A stretch of DNA of 64,000 bases from Octopus sinensis (Eukaryota): NCBI RefSeq assembly GCF_006345805.1, contig NC_043005.1, positions 106,020,001 through 106,084,000 on the forward strand, written 5' to 3'. Shown in pieces: positions 51,437 through 64,000 of the stretch. The notes under the pieces are model-generated. The model had not been told where the DNA came from and did no database searches. It saw only the letters and a program-made list of their open reading frames with translations. The translations under genes and the position numbers were made by a program. Within the stretch, counting starts at the first letter, position 1, and each line of letters opens with the position of its first letter.

Positions 51437-51849
51437 TATGCAAATATATTAAAATACTACTCTCATTATTATATAAGGAATAAAAATTATATTGAATAAA
51501 AATTTGAGTACTTCATATGAGGGTAGAATAAAATATGTGATTTGATGTAGTCAATGTGTTATTTAACACGTAGTAATAATAGCTAACCAATGAGTTAAAA
51601 ATTCACACAATCCTTGGATGACATAAAACCAATGGCTTTCCACAAAGGTATACCTATATAAATATAAAGCTGCCATATGCACTTGAACTCTTAGATGTCA
51701 CAAAGCACACAGTCTTTCAGATTGTCAAAATTGTAATACTTTGAAAAGATGTATGGGTGTGTGCATGCAAGCACACACATGTATGTGTGTGCTTGCAAGT
51801 GTGTGTGTGTGTGTGTGTGGGCATGTGTATGTGCGTGTGTGTGTGTATA

Positions 51850-52569
51850 CAGGTGCATTACAGAAGTTTTGAGACTTTTTCAGGTGAGACATTTATCAAT
51901 CCCGGAGGCTCCACAAAAGTTCTCTAAAGTGAAGATGTCCTGGACCCTTACCATAACATCCTTCATTTTCTCAGTGTCTTCAAAACGACTGCTCCTGAGG
52001 TTCTTCAGCTTGAAGAACAAACAAAACTGACAGAGAACAAAGTCTGAAATGTAAGGGCAGTTTTGATGCCAATCTCTGTCAATAGTTGGTTACCATAAGT
52101 GAAATTGTGAACTGGTGTATTGTCCTTGTGCTGGTACCACTGACCCAAGTGGAACAGCTCTGGCCTTTTATGACAAAATCTCTTTTTGAACTCCCTCAAA
52201 ACCTTCACAAGTTACTCTTTATTAATTGTCTGACCATACGGAATCCAGTGAATGTAGTTGATACCCTTGCTGTAAAAAGTGGAGATCATCATGTGCTTCC
52301 TGGTAGGCTTTCTTAGTTTGGCTTTTATTGCATAGTAAGCTTCCAAGTTGTCCTGACGGCATTCTGCAAATGAGTCAGCTGTGACAAGCAGTCTTTTGTA
52401 GGGTGTATTCAAAGTGTTGGTCTAGCTGTCTCCTTCAATTTGAAATAAAAAGTTGACAGGTCAGTTTTTAATAGTTGTATAATAATAATATACCAAAATT
52501 ACAACAATCTAGTACAATTATAACTGCTTCTCCTAAAAAAAAGTCTCAAACATTCTGCAATGCACCTCA
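51850..52569 (-). mobile_element. Internally deleted mariner with both TIRs
   Basis: TIRs CAGGTGCATTACAGAAGTTTTGAGACTTTT / AAAAGTCTCAAACATTCTGCAATGCACCTC; EAYYAIK joined to KPTRKHMMISTFYSKG...QTINKE...HKDNTPVHN. Confidence 0.9.
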
Positions 52570-52574
52570 ACTAA

Positions 52575-53345
52575 AGACTTGTTCTGAAATCAAGGCAAAC
52601 GTAGGTATGACATTTTTATTACCTGCCAGGTTGAGCAAGTTGCGCATGTTGGTAGAATAATTCTTTCTCTGTAGTAATGCTTCCTGTTTTTCATTGCAAG
52701 CAGATAATGGGTTCTAAGCACAGAAAGCAATATGTCATCATTGAATTCTTGATAAGTATAGGTTGCAGGCTGCCCTACATCCATAGAAGGCTACAGATTG
52801 CTTACAGAGATACCTATTTCTTTACTACCCACAAGGGGCTAAACACAGAGAGGATAAACAAGGACAGACAAATGGATTAAGTCGATTATATCGACCCCAG
52901 TGTGTAATTGGTACTTATTTAATTAACCCCAAAAGGATGAAAGGCAAAGTCGACCTCAGCGGAATTTGAACTCAGAACGTAGTGACAGACAAAATACTGC
53001 TGAGGATTTCGCCCGGCATGACAACGTTTCTGCCAGCTCACCGCCTTACAGAGATGCCATTGACAAGAGTTATGTGCACAGAGAGAGAAAGCAGTTTGAA
53101 GAAGGGGAAACCAGCATCGAAGGCAACTCATGCAGTGGAAGGTTAACTGTGATCCCTGGCATGAATCGTCAGCACATGGACAAATTGATTCATACTGACT
53201 GAGGAGTTACAATCTGAGAGCTTGCTGCACAACTAGACTCTGGCCACCATGTATTACAGCAGGTGGTGGAAGACTTTGGAATTGGAAAGTTTTTGTAAAT
53301 TGTGTACCCTAGCAGTTGACACTTCATTTGAATGAGAGAAGGGTT
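52575..53345 (+). mobile_element. Mariner 5' half (different family), interrupted by SINE-B
   Basis: MGSKHRKQYVIIEFLISIG...IHRRLQIAYRD | AIDKSYVHR...FEEGETSIEGNSCSGR...LIHTD*GVTI*ELAAQL; the frame is continuous across the SINE. Confidence 0.85.
52812..53044 (-). mobile_element. SINE-B with an 11-bp target-site duplication
   Basis: CTTACAGAGAT at 52801-52811 and 53045-53055. Confidence 0.95.
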
Positions 53346-53353
53346 GGAAGCTA

Positions 53354-53746
53354 AAGTAGCTTGCTAACCAACCACATGGTTCCGGGTTCAGTCCCACTGC
53401 GTGGCATCTTGGGCAAGTGTCTTCTGCTATAGCCCCAGGCCGACCAATGCCTTGTGAGTGGATTTGGTAGACAGAAACTGAAAGAAGCCTGTCAATATAT
53501 GTATATATATATATATGTATGTGTGTGTAAGTGTTTGTGTGTCTGTGTTGTCTCCCTAGAGCATTGCGACAACCGATGCTGGTGTGTGTTTATGTCCCCG
53601 TCACTTAGTGGTTCGGCCAAGAGACCGATGATAGAATAAGTACTGGGCTTACAAAGAATAAGTCCTGGGATCGATTTGCTCGACTAAAGGCGGTGCTCCA
53701 GCATGGCCGCAGTCAAATGACTGAAACAAGTAAAAGAGTAAAGAGT
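53354..53746 (+). mobile_element. SINE-A, slightly 5'-truncated
   Basis: AAGTAGCTTGCTAACCAACC through the GTAAAAGAGTAAAGAGT tail. Confidence 0.95.
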
Positions 53747-54261
53747 ATTGAACATTTATTTTTAGTAATGGAGGGCAAACAGCTAAGGTTGTAAGTAATT
53801 TTATCTTTAAATCCATAAGCAGCTATGGTATTGATATAACACAAGGCCACTTTGTCAAAGATTTCTTTGTTAGATGAGAAATTAGCGACTTCTTATGAAT
53901 GCTTTATATTTAAAAATATATGTTTGGGTGATAGCAATTGATACTAATCAATGATAGGTCTTCATTTTTATTCAATATAAGCTTTGTATTTAAACATAGA
54001 GTACTCAATAAACATGTGTTTAAACACAGAGTACTCTCTAAGAAATTTACCATACTGAAGACGGTAGTTATACTTAACCACGAAAATTCTTGAAGGTGTT
54101 GATAAGGGTTTTATGTAAATGTGTCGTATTCCCACTGGCATGTTATCATAAGGTCAATCAATAATTTTGAATTATATACAGATGATTCCTTTGCAGCTCA
54201 AAAAAATGTGTATTCACATAGATTCTTTCAGACATATATACATATATAATATATAATATAT

Positions 54262-54327
<66 letters not shown>

Positions 54328-55445
54328 CATATAGATATGAGCTACCAACTCCAGTTTAAGTCATATACCTACACCATACCAATGACACATCACTGACTTG
54401 ATCTATGACTTAAATTGTATTTGGCACTTGCATATTTACGGCATACTACCAACACTTGATGTATCCAAAGTTGTTTATTTCACTGTGAATTGCGTATCGT
54501 ACCTAGCCATTTCTGGCATCCTATGAGTTGATATGCCTTGATTCTTATGTATCCACATAACAAAATTACATATGTATATATATGTGCATGTGTATGTATT
54601 TATAGTATGCATATATATATATATATTATATATATATATATTATATATATACATATATATAGATATATATAATATAATATATATATACGTATACATCTAA
54701 AAATACATATATACACATACACACATGCACACACACACACATGTGTATATATGTACACATTCACACACTGGTATAAATATCTACACAGAATGTTATATAC
54801 ACAGAAGCTCACTGTTATAGGACCATAGATTCATTTCAGTATACGTGACTACGTGTAACATCTGCTGTATATAAAACATTGTAATTTAACAAAGAATCTT
54901 CTCCACAAACAACACAAACATGACAAACAACCCTCTTCTCACTCATCTTCGTTCCTAATGAACTAAGCCTTATTTTGCTTCTTGTTTTCTTGTATAGTTC
55001 CATCTTTATCTTGCCCACCACGATGGATGATCAGCAGCACCACCATCTTCATCATCATCATCAGAATCACCATTTTCTTCATATGATTATTCTTTTATAT
55101 TTCTATCTATAACTTGCATCTATCTAAGTAAACTCACTCACTCTCTCCCTCTCCCTCTCCCTCTCTCGCTCTTTGCCTTTCTCTTTCATACACACTCACA
55201 TCAACACAAACACCAGTATGCCAGAAGAAAAAAAAACTTACAAAGCTTTGTGACAGCAATCCAAGTTAATTCGTATCAACGAGCTCTAACATACAAATAA
55301 GCGAACAGACAAATAACATGACCACCCCTCTTGTTCTGACATCTCCAAAACCTAATGATTATGATGTCCGATACAGTACAAACAAAACCCAGTGTGCATG
55401 TGCATGTGTATGAGCCTGCACATATGTGTGTGTGGTGTGGTGTGT

Positions 55446-55478
<33 letters not shown>

Positions 55479-55586
55479 TCATATGTATATAAGTGGTGTG
55501 TGTGTGTGTGTATTATATATGTATATATATGCATATATATATATATGTATATATTATATATATATATATATATGCATATATATATA

Positions 55587-55634
<48 letters not shown>

Positions 55635-55672
55635 TACATACATATATATATACAAACATCTATATATATATA

Positions 55673-55707
<35 letters not shown>

Positions 55708-56267
55708 CATACATATATATATATATATGTGTGTGTTCACGGAGAGACACAGATAGATAGAAAGGGAGATACATGCATGTATATATATATATATATATAT
55801 ATAAATATTTATATGCATGTGTGAGTGTTTGTGTATACTTCGTTTTTGTAAGCATGTATAGATGCATGTGTGTGAGTGTGTAGGAGTACAAAACATGTAC
55901 ATATGCTGATGTATCAGTTATATATGTTTATATTTGAGTGTGTCATGCCTATTTTGTTGGTCATGACGTTTTGAAATATGCATTCTTCCTTGTGTTAAGA
56001 TATGTGCACTGTTGTCAGGTGAATTGTGAATATGTGACACAGGAAATTACTGCACACATATACATACACATGCATATATATATATATATATACACTGCAA
56101 GCATGAATGTATCAAAAACACAACCAAAAGTGATTTATTCATATATATATATGTATATATATATGTGTATATATATGTATATATATGTATATATATGTGT
56201 ATATATATGTATATATATGTATATATATATATATGTATATATGTATATATGTAAATATATATGTATG

Positions 56268-56299
<32 letters not shown>

Positions 56300-57192
56300 T
56301 ATATATATATGTATACATGTATATATATATATATATATGTATATGCAAAGCATATAGGTACATATGATTTTATCTCTAAGCTTTTATATAAATATATATA
56401 TAATTATATATATATATACATACATATGTAAACATACACACATATCATATATATATACATATGTATGTAGGCATGTAAGTATATAAATTTACTTACAAAC
56501 ATTGATGCATTCACGCAAATATACATGTATGTGCAGTGTTATAAAATATATTGTTACACTAATACATATTCATCTGTTCAAACAAAATCTCACAGACAAT
56601 ATATCATGTGTGTACACACACACACACACCTAAATTAAATTATATGTGTGTGTTTGTGTGATAATTCTATGTACACGTGTATAGTTATGTTTGATTATGT
56701 AAGTGCGTAGATGTATATGAGCAAACTCATTATGTCAGCTAATGCATGATGTTGAAGGAGAAGAAGAAGAAGAAGGAGGGGGAGGAGGAGAAGAAGGAGA
56801 AGGAGAAGGAAGAGTAGGAGAGAGGAGGAAGATGTGGAAGAGTTGTAGGAAGAGGAAAAAGGTAGAGGAGGTGTAGTAGGTGGAGTTCTAGGATTGGATG
56901 GAGAAGAAGACATGAAAAAAATTGTGAAATGGGCAAGATAAAAATAAAAATAAAACAAAATATAAAGAAAAAGAAAGAGAAATATAAGAGGACGAAGGTA
57001 AAGAGAAAGAATAAAAAGCAGTTTGTTATTATCAAAGAAGTGCAATAATGAAGTCAAATGTGCATTGGCATATAACAACTTACGCAAGTGTGTATGTATG
57101 CCTGTGAGAGTGTGTATATATATATATATATATATAATATATATTATATATATATATGTATATACATATATATACATATATATACATATATA

Positions 57193-57238
<46 letters not shown>

Positions 57239-57263
57239 ATACCATACATATGAATATGTACAT

Positions 57264-57296
<33 letters not shown>

Positions 57297-57326
57297 AACA
57301 TATGTATATATATATTATATATATAT

Positions 57327-57369
<43 letters not shown>

Positions 57370-58769
57370 TAGATAGACATATGCATATATATACACATGC
57401 ATATATACATAGATACACACATCCATCCTTGTATGAACAGTTGTATTTATATTTATATGCATTACTGCCCAAACATTCACTTATTTTTAGCCATGTCTCA
57501 ACACACACACACATATATATATATATACATATAATGTTAGCTGCATAATTCTTACTTTAGGTTATTGGTTTCTGCACATCAAACAGATGTGCATATCTTT
57601 TCAATTTTAATCCTTAATATTCTATTTATGGCTAAAAATTAGTTGTTTAAAGTACATATGTTTTCACTGTATCAGTACATCTATAATCTATAGCAGTTGT
57701 GAATCTATATGTAGCCTTATAAAACATAATTCCGCTATGAGTAAATGCTCTGTGATTAGAGACCATTTCTCATGAACAAATTACACATACATGTGTATAC
57801 ATACATATGTATATATATATATATTATATATATATATATATGTATACAAACACACATACATACGTACGCACACACATGCACATATATATACATATATATA
57901 TATGCACGCAACATATACTCATCTGTGTGTGTATATATATTGTTCTTGCATTTTTAATAAATCCGAATCCACTTCATACCAAGAATATGCACACACAAGC
58001 ATACATATACATATGCATTTGCACTGATATGTATGTAGATATATATGTTTATATGTAAGTGAGTGTATATATAATATATATACACATATAATATATATGT
58101 ATATGTATGTATGAATGTAAATATATATACATTTATATACATATATACATATAGATAAATATATAAATATACACTCACACATGAATATATGCATATGTAT
58201 ATACACAAACATATATATTTGCAGTCATACATTCACATATTTATCCTCCTCCTTATCATCATCATCATGATGTATATCTATGTATATATGTGTATATGTA
58301 TATACAATGCAGAACAAAACTTTTTAAACACTAATTCGTGAGGTAAAAAAACAACAGAACCAAGCATCATTGAGATGATTTGAACCTGGTGTCTACAATT
58401 TGCTGGCATTATCTTTGCCAATTAGACTTCACTGAATTTTTGAGCTATCTTCATTCACAAATTAGATAGAAATAACTACTTGTTCTTGACTCTAATTTTA
58501 ACCTCCCCTATTCTTCAACAAACACCCGGTTCATCAATCCTTTCCCAGTTAAAATAGCCCATTCAGAATCACATTTCTTCTATTACTACAGAAAAATATA
58601 TTTACTTAATCTGAGAAAGGGACACAATCTCTGTTTGGTATAATATGGTCACCTAGCTATCATAATAAATGTGGTTTGTGTCCTATCAGTTAGTCTCACG
58701 TTCTGTCCCAAATCTGAAGTTTTTATCTAAAAGTTATATTCAGTGCTTTTTATACATTGGAGCAGAGTT

Positions 58770-59275
58770 CATTTAAGCATGTACTTTTTGGGTTCTCCAG
58801 TTTGTTTGGCATGGTGCAGAGTCCTGTTGCCAGGCCGCAAGACCTGTTGACCCACCCTCTTGACCCAGAGCAGCACTACCTCCTCCAGACACGTGATGTA
58901 GGCCTCTGTGTTGAGTCTGAGGCTGTGCGGAAAGATGAATGGAGACATAACGTGGTCATCACTAGTGATCGCTCCAAACACTATGATGTTGATTGGATGC
59001 ATGATTATTATCACCCTCAGTAAGTGCACTGTCCTCAGATTAACACCCAAACACTCCAAAATGTCCGTATGGGAGCTTCCAGTGTGAATACCAAACAGTA
59101 CAGCATGTCATTTCCAAATTTCTGGCAGAGTGAATTGCGTCAGGGTGCTGCTTATCTCACAGACGGTGCCCAACTGATCCTACTATACTGTGTAGTCAAC
59201 AAAATCCATAACAAACAATGCATATACACAAAATAAAAAATATTAAGTGGCAACAATTTTCCCATCACACCTTGT
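58770..59275 (-). mobile_element. maT/DD37D-type transposon relic, internally deleted, with 5' TIR
   Basis: ECLGVNLRTV joined to HPINIIVFGAITSDDHVMSPFIFPHSLRLNTEAYITCLEEVVLLWVKRV; end CAAGGTGTGATGGGAAAATTG on the minus strand; related to 40191. Confidence 0.85.
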
Positions 59276-59513
59276 GTGTATGTATATATATATATATATA
59301 TATACAAAATAAGAAAATGGAGAAATACACCTTAATCAATAATCAACTACCAGATAGTACCCAATCACATAATTTATTAAACCACTACATATGAACATCA
59401 AGGTCAAACATAATAGTATAGAACAAAACAATGCACATCAATGAGTAATATGATACAATAAGTACAATATGTATAAGTGAATATAAATAAATATAAATAT
59501 AAATATAAACTAC

Positions 59514-59640
59514 ATCTTACAGCTGTTTCAGTCATGCAGATATGGGTATCTCATTATGCTCATATTAGCCAGGTGTGATAAGTTAATATGTGGTTATAAA
59601 TGAGACACTTACAAAAATATCCCAAGGCCTCTTCAGAAAT
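59514..59640 (-). ncRNA. Hammerhead-like motif with extended stem II
   Basis: Minus strand: AUUU CUGAAGA GGCC [92 nt containing further complementary segments] GACU GAA ACAGCUGU A AGAU; 8-nt palindromic stem III. Confidence 0.55.
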
Positions 59641-60783
59641 TATAAAGTACAAACTAAACTAAATATGAATATCAGAGGAGGTACACCCATACAAGAGTGG
59701 GTACATACCCATAATATATAATATATAATATACACATACGTATGAGTGCATATACCCACACTCCTATATATATATACACATATACATTATAATATACAAC
59801 AATATACATACATATGTTCTATATTCAAGGTAATAGTTGGTCAAAACAAAATATTAGAATATTACAATATACAAACATATACATATCTATATTCAAATGC
59901 ACATGTACAAATTCAAGGGTTCATTATATTAAGTTACAAAATGTCATATATATATATATATATATATGTGCGTGTGTGTGTGTGTGTGTGTGTGTATTAT
60001 ATATACATATATATATGCACATATATACACACGTGTGTATATATAAATATTATATTTGCACATGCACACATATTTACATACACACAACCATGCACATACT
60101 CATGCTTATATAAGTATATATATATAATCTTAGTGTATGCATGTAAAGCAGTGTTAAATTAAAACAGTTATTTGGGTATCATACTCTTTGTATGTGCATT
60201 GTTGACTGGCAAGGTGCTATGATGTTTGTATGCAATAAAATATCTTGCAAATGTGCTGTAATAAAAACAGAATATATACTGGAGGAATATGGGGGAAAAA
60301 TCTATCCTGGCAGCAGCTAACATGAATGCCAGATGAATGTCAACTTCCTTGGGCCTTTCTGTGACTTGTACAGAAGGCACATGCCTAAATGAAATCTCTC
60401 TCCTCTGATATATAAGAAACCCTGAATAAAACATTAACTGATATTGCAAATAGCTGCTGGGCTGAAAATAGATTTGGCATATGCAACTGAAGAAGCATTA
60501 AATTAAAATAGATACCTGTGTGTCATACTTAACATATGCTAACAACACACAAAATATTGGAGGGAGATGAAGAAGTGTCCCAGCAGTCTGAGGTTTGTTG
60601 TTCATTCAGTGTGTGGGTAACATTTGCACTCATTTTTCTGCTGTCAGCATTTCCAAAATGTGTGGCTGGCTCTACACAAGTCTTCTTCCTTCGCAACTGA
60701 AAATAAATCAGGTGTGTGACTAGTCAAACAGCTATAATAATAGCCAATGTGAGAATCCATGGTGTATATGCATAATAATAATG

Positions 60784-60826
<43 letters not shown>

Positions 60827-60876
60827 CATCAAAAAATACCTTAGGAATGAGAACCCAGGTTCAAAATTTCTCCAAG

Positions 60877-60920
60877 ACACCTGAGAAAGGCTAGAGGGTA
60901 TATCAGCTGAAATGTTATGT
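60877..60920 (+). ncRNA. Degenerate hammerhead motif (G8A) in a Penelope-like remnant (about 60825-60945)
   Basis: ACAC CUGAGAA A GGCU-AGAGGGUAUAUC-AGCU GAA AUGU U AUGU. Confidence 0.5.
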
Positions 60921-61125
60921 TAACAAGAAACAGCTGTAAGACTTCAAATTCACCTTGCCCTAATTAAATTATTCTAAATGACTTGAGATAACTCATTCTG
61001 ACCTGGTTTTGATTTTGCCTCTAATATAATATATACCTGCTATAACAGAACCCTAACACAGATCTGTAGATCCAATCTTAGCTTTGATCTAAACCCATCA
61101 TATTCTTTATATATATATACATACA

Positions 61126-61215
<90 letters not shown>

Positions 61216-61273
61216 ATATATATATATATATTATATATATATATATATGTACAACATATATACATATAACAAA

Positions 61274-61578
61274 CTAACAGTATCGCCCGGCGTTGCTCGG
61301 GTTTGTAAGGGAAATAACTATATAAGCATCTTTAGAGAGTTACTTCCCTTATATAACCCGAGCAAAAATCATTAAAAATGCGGAAAATGATGGTAAATTT
61401 TTTTTAAATCGTAGACTCACCGTAGACGCGTACTAATACCCAGAAGGGCTCGATATGAATGACGACTATAAGATACCCGCTTTTGGTTAAACTGCACCGC
61501 AAAATCTGAGAGTAGTTAGGAATCTAAATCGGAGGAGACAGAGTCTCACACACACAACTTCAATTTTATATATAAAGA
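61274..61578 (-). mobile_element. Non-autonomous Helitron (about 305 bp)
   Basis: Minus strand begins TCTTTATATATAAAA and ends CCCGAGCAACGCCGGG hairpin, 8 nt, TTAG|T. Confidence 0.7.
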
Positions 61579-61689
61579 GGCAGAAAGTGGAATATAAGAG
61601 AACGTTTATTACTCACAACAATCGTTTCAACGCATCCTGCATCAATTCCTTATGAGTGGGATACTGTACATCTAGTTGTGATGCATAGG

Positions 61690-62005
61690 GGGTATCTCAT
61701 TAAATAAATCCTGTTTCATTCAGTTTTAGTACACCATGTTGAAAGAGAAAAACAGAGAGAACCCGGTGAGGGAAGATTGAGTTCTAGCTTGCTTCACAGT
61801 TGCAGTAAACCAGTGGTCTAGCCACTTTATCCAACAGCATGTAGCATTCATGTAGCAACGACATGTAACAGCTTCAGTAAGAGAATTTATGGCCCTTCTT
61901 TTGGCTGCACCAGTCACTCCAGTAATTCACTTCAGTTGCTTTATAACATGCCTGCCAGTACTTTTTTGTGGACTGCTCCACCAGATCCTGGTGTTTGACA
62001 GAACT
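61690..62005 (-). mobile_element. HERO/NeSL-like non-LTR retrotransposon, restriction-like endonuclease C-terminal relic
   Basis: Minus-strand translation DLVEQSTKKYWQA, then after a frameshift GVTGAAKRRAINSLTEA...WIKWLDHW; resembles the KY.DLV...GW / LGITG.AKRRAI...EAA...W.W.KR region of HERO elements (from memory). Confidence 0.6.
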
Positions 62006-62754
62006 ATATACAGATATAAAGGAAATATTCATATGTTGAAAAGCATTTTAGCTAAGAGCTAAATAAAAATGAAATAAATACACGTCTAGAACAATCACAT
62101 AATGAACTACACTGAAGACTGAAACAAATGGACACAAGAAAATAGTATCATGTGATACATTAAAATTAATGCATAGAAATATATTAAATATATTTTTTTC
62201 TGGACACAAGTTCAGGTTTTTTGCTGTCACAGAAGTAAAATAACTGATGCAATGCTGTCATCAGTGATAAGCAAAAAAAGGAAGCTGTAATAGAAATTAC
62301 TGTTTATCTTCACATCATTAAAGTATAGAACACAACACTGAAAAGTGATTCTATTTTCTGGTGTCCATTCTTTTTAGCCATCTTTACATTTTATTATATT
62401 CTTGCTCCAAACATGAATTCATTTCGTTTCTATTGAGCTCTTTGATATAGTTCTTTGTTGTTTTCATCAGTGCATTATCTTAGAGACTTCTCAGAAAAAT
62501 ATGTCAGAGATCCATTGAAAAAAATAAATACTTCTGTGTCCCGTCTAATACCTTGCTTCACATCTTTACATCATGTCATTTACTTTTTGTCTCCTAATTT
62601 TTTTTTTTTTTGTCTGGGAACCAAATCATTCTTCCTCTCCTCTCACTTTCTCCCTCGATATGTATGATACACATGCACACTTATATTCATAGTATATATA
62701 TATATATATATAGATATATATATACATATATATATATATATACAATATATATAC

Positions 62755-62786
<32 letters not shown>

Positions 62787-62797
62787 GTGTGTGTCTG

Positions 62798-62838
<41 letters not shown>

Positions 62839-62852
62839 TTATGTATATACAT

Positions 62853-62891
<39 letters not shown>

Positions 62892-64000
62892 CATATATAT
62901 ATATACACACACACACAAATATACATACATATATATATACACATACCTATATATACATATGCATATATTTATAAAAGAAATTTTGCAGATATCTATATAC
63001 ACATACATTCACAAATATATATGGGATTATATATGTGTGTGTGTGTGTGTGTGTGTGAGCACATGTATTTGTGTGTGGGCACATATGTACATTTTACATA
63101 CACACAAATACACACATATACATACATACATACATACATACATACATACATACATACATACATACATACATGCATATACATATATATATACATATATATA
63201 TTGCTGCTTTCAGCTAGCTAATTAAAGCTGGTGCTATTCATCTTTATCTCTATCATGAAGAATTGGTTCTGTAATTCAGAAGAGGGAGGTTATGTTCAGA
63301 GCAGATTCTTAAGAGGCTGGCACCATTTGTATACTCATGATGTCATCCTTAGAACAATCTCTATTTATTATTAAAATAAAAAAAAATATGAAAAAAAAAG
63401 GGGAAAATAACAACAACCACGACAACAACAATAACGACAACAACAATAATACCAACAACAAAGTAGAATAAAAGTTTTGGTCTGAATGATGTCTAGCTAC
63501 ATTCTTGAAGTAATGCAGAAGCATGGAATGTTCTGGTTTTATGTATGTTGATTCTCTGGGACTCCCCTCTCCATTTAAGATTTTTATTTTTTTATTTCTT
63601 GTTTCTTTACTTGCATCGTTGATAGGACAAACAGTCTCCCTTTAGGGTAAACTATGTATTGCTGACTCACGGAATGCTTATTTCATGACCGCTTTCGCAA
63701 ACGGTCAGATCTTATTGAAGACTGTCTGCATGTGGAAGTAAATATATAAATAAATAATAGGAGGGGGGGGGGGAGAAATAGATAGATGGATAGATATAGA
63801 GAAATGCAGGCAGAGCAAGAATGAGAGAAAGGGAGAGAGAGAGAGAGAGAGAGAGAATTGGAGAGTGGGGTAAACAGAAAATGTGAAAGAATAAGAGGGA
63901 GAGGGAGAGAGAGGAGAGAGTTACTCACCTGCAGATATACTGTCATTTATTAAAACACACACACACGCACGCACGTGCACACACACACACACGCGCGCAT

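Noticed and set aside
60168-60449. 93-aa hydrophobic minus-strand ORF
   Set aside because: No recognisable domain and no convincing splice signals

Overview
Very AT-rich eukaryotic non-coding DNA dominated by (TA)n/(TG)n/(CA)n, (CAT)n, (AAT)n and (CTT)n microsatellites and by dispersed repeats. The repeat set (tRNA-derived CORE-type SINEs, RTE-type LINE 3' ends, mariner and DD37D relics) strongly suggests an octopus genome; this is an inference from recognised repeat types, not a database result. I found no host exon I can support: nearly all ORFs in the track are microsatellite or SINE translations, and the only protein-like ones are transposase or retrotransposon relics. Working labels used here: SINE-A (bipartite, with an internal microsatellite), SINE-B, SINE-D/E (modular heads and tails) and LINE-end C. 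The window also holds six mariner/maT relics, piggyBac-like and hAT-like MITEs, two non-autonomous Helitrons, an RTE RT fragment and a HERO-like endonuclease fragment. The most interesting signal is a set of minimal hammerhead-ribozyme motifs in Penelope-like repeats. One copy (34221-34270) has complete architecture but a compensatory G3:C8 core (GUGAACA instead of CUGANGA). Two other copies of that family carry fold-back inverted duplications that stop at the same position. Two local templated duplications (159 bp direct, about 510 bp inverted) are also visible. Coordinates were read by eye and may be off by a few bases.
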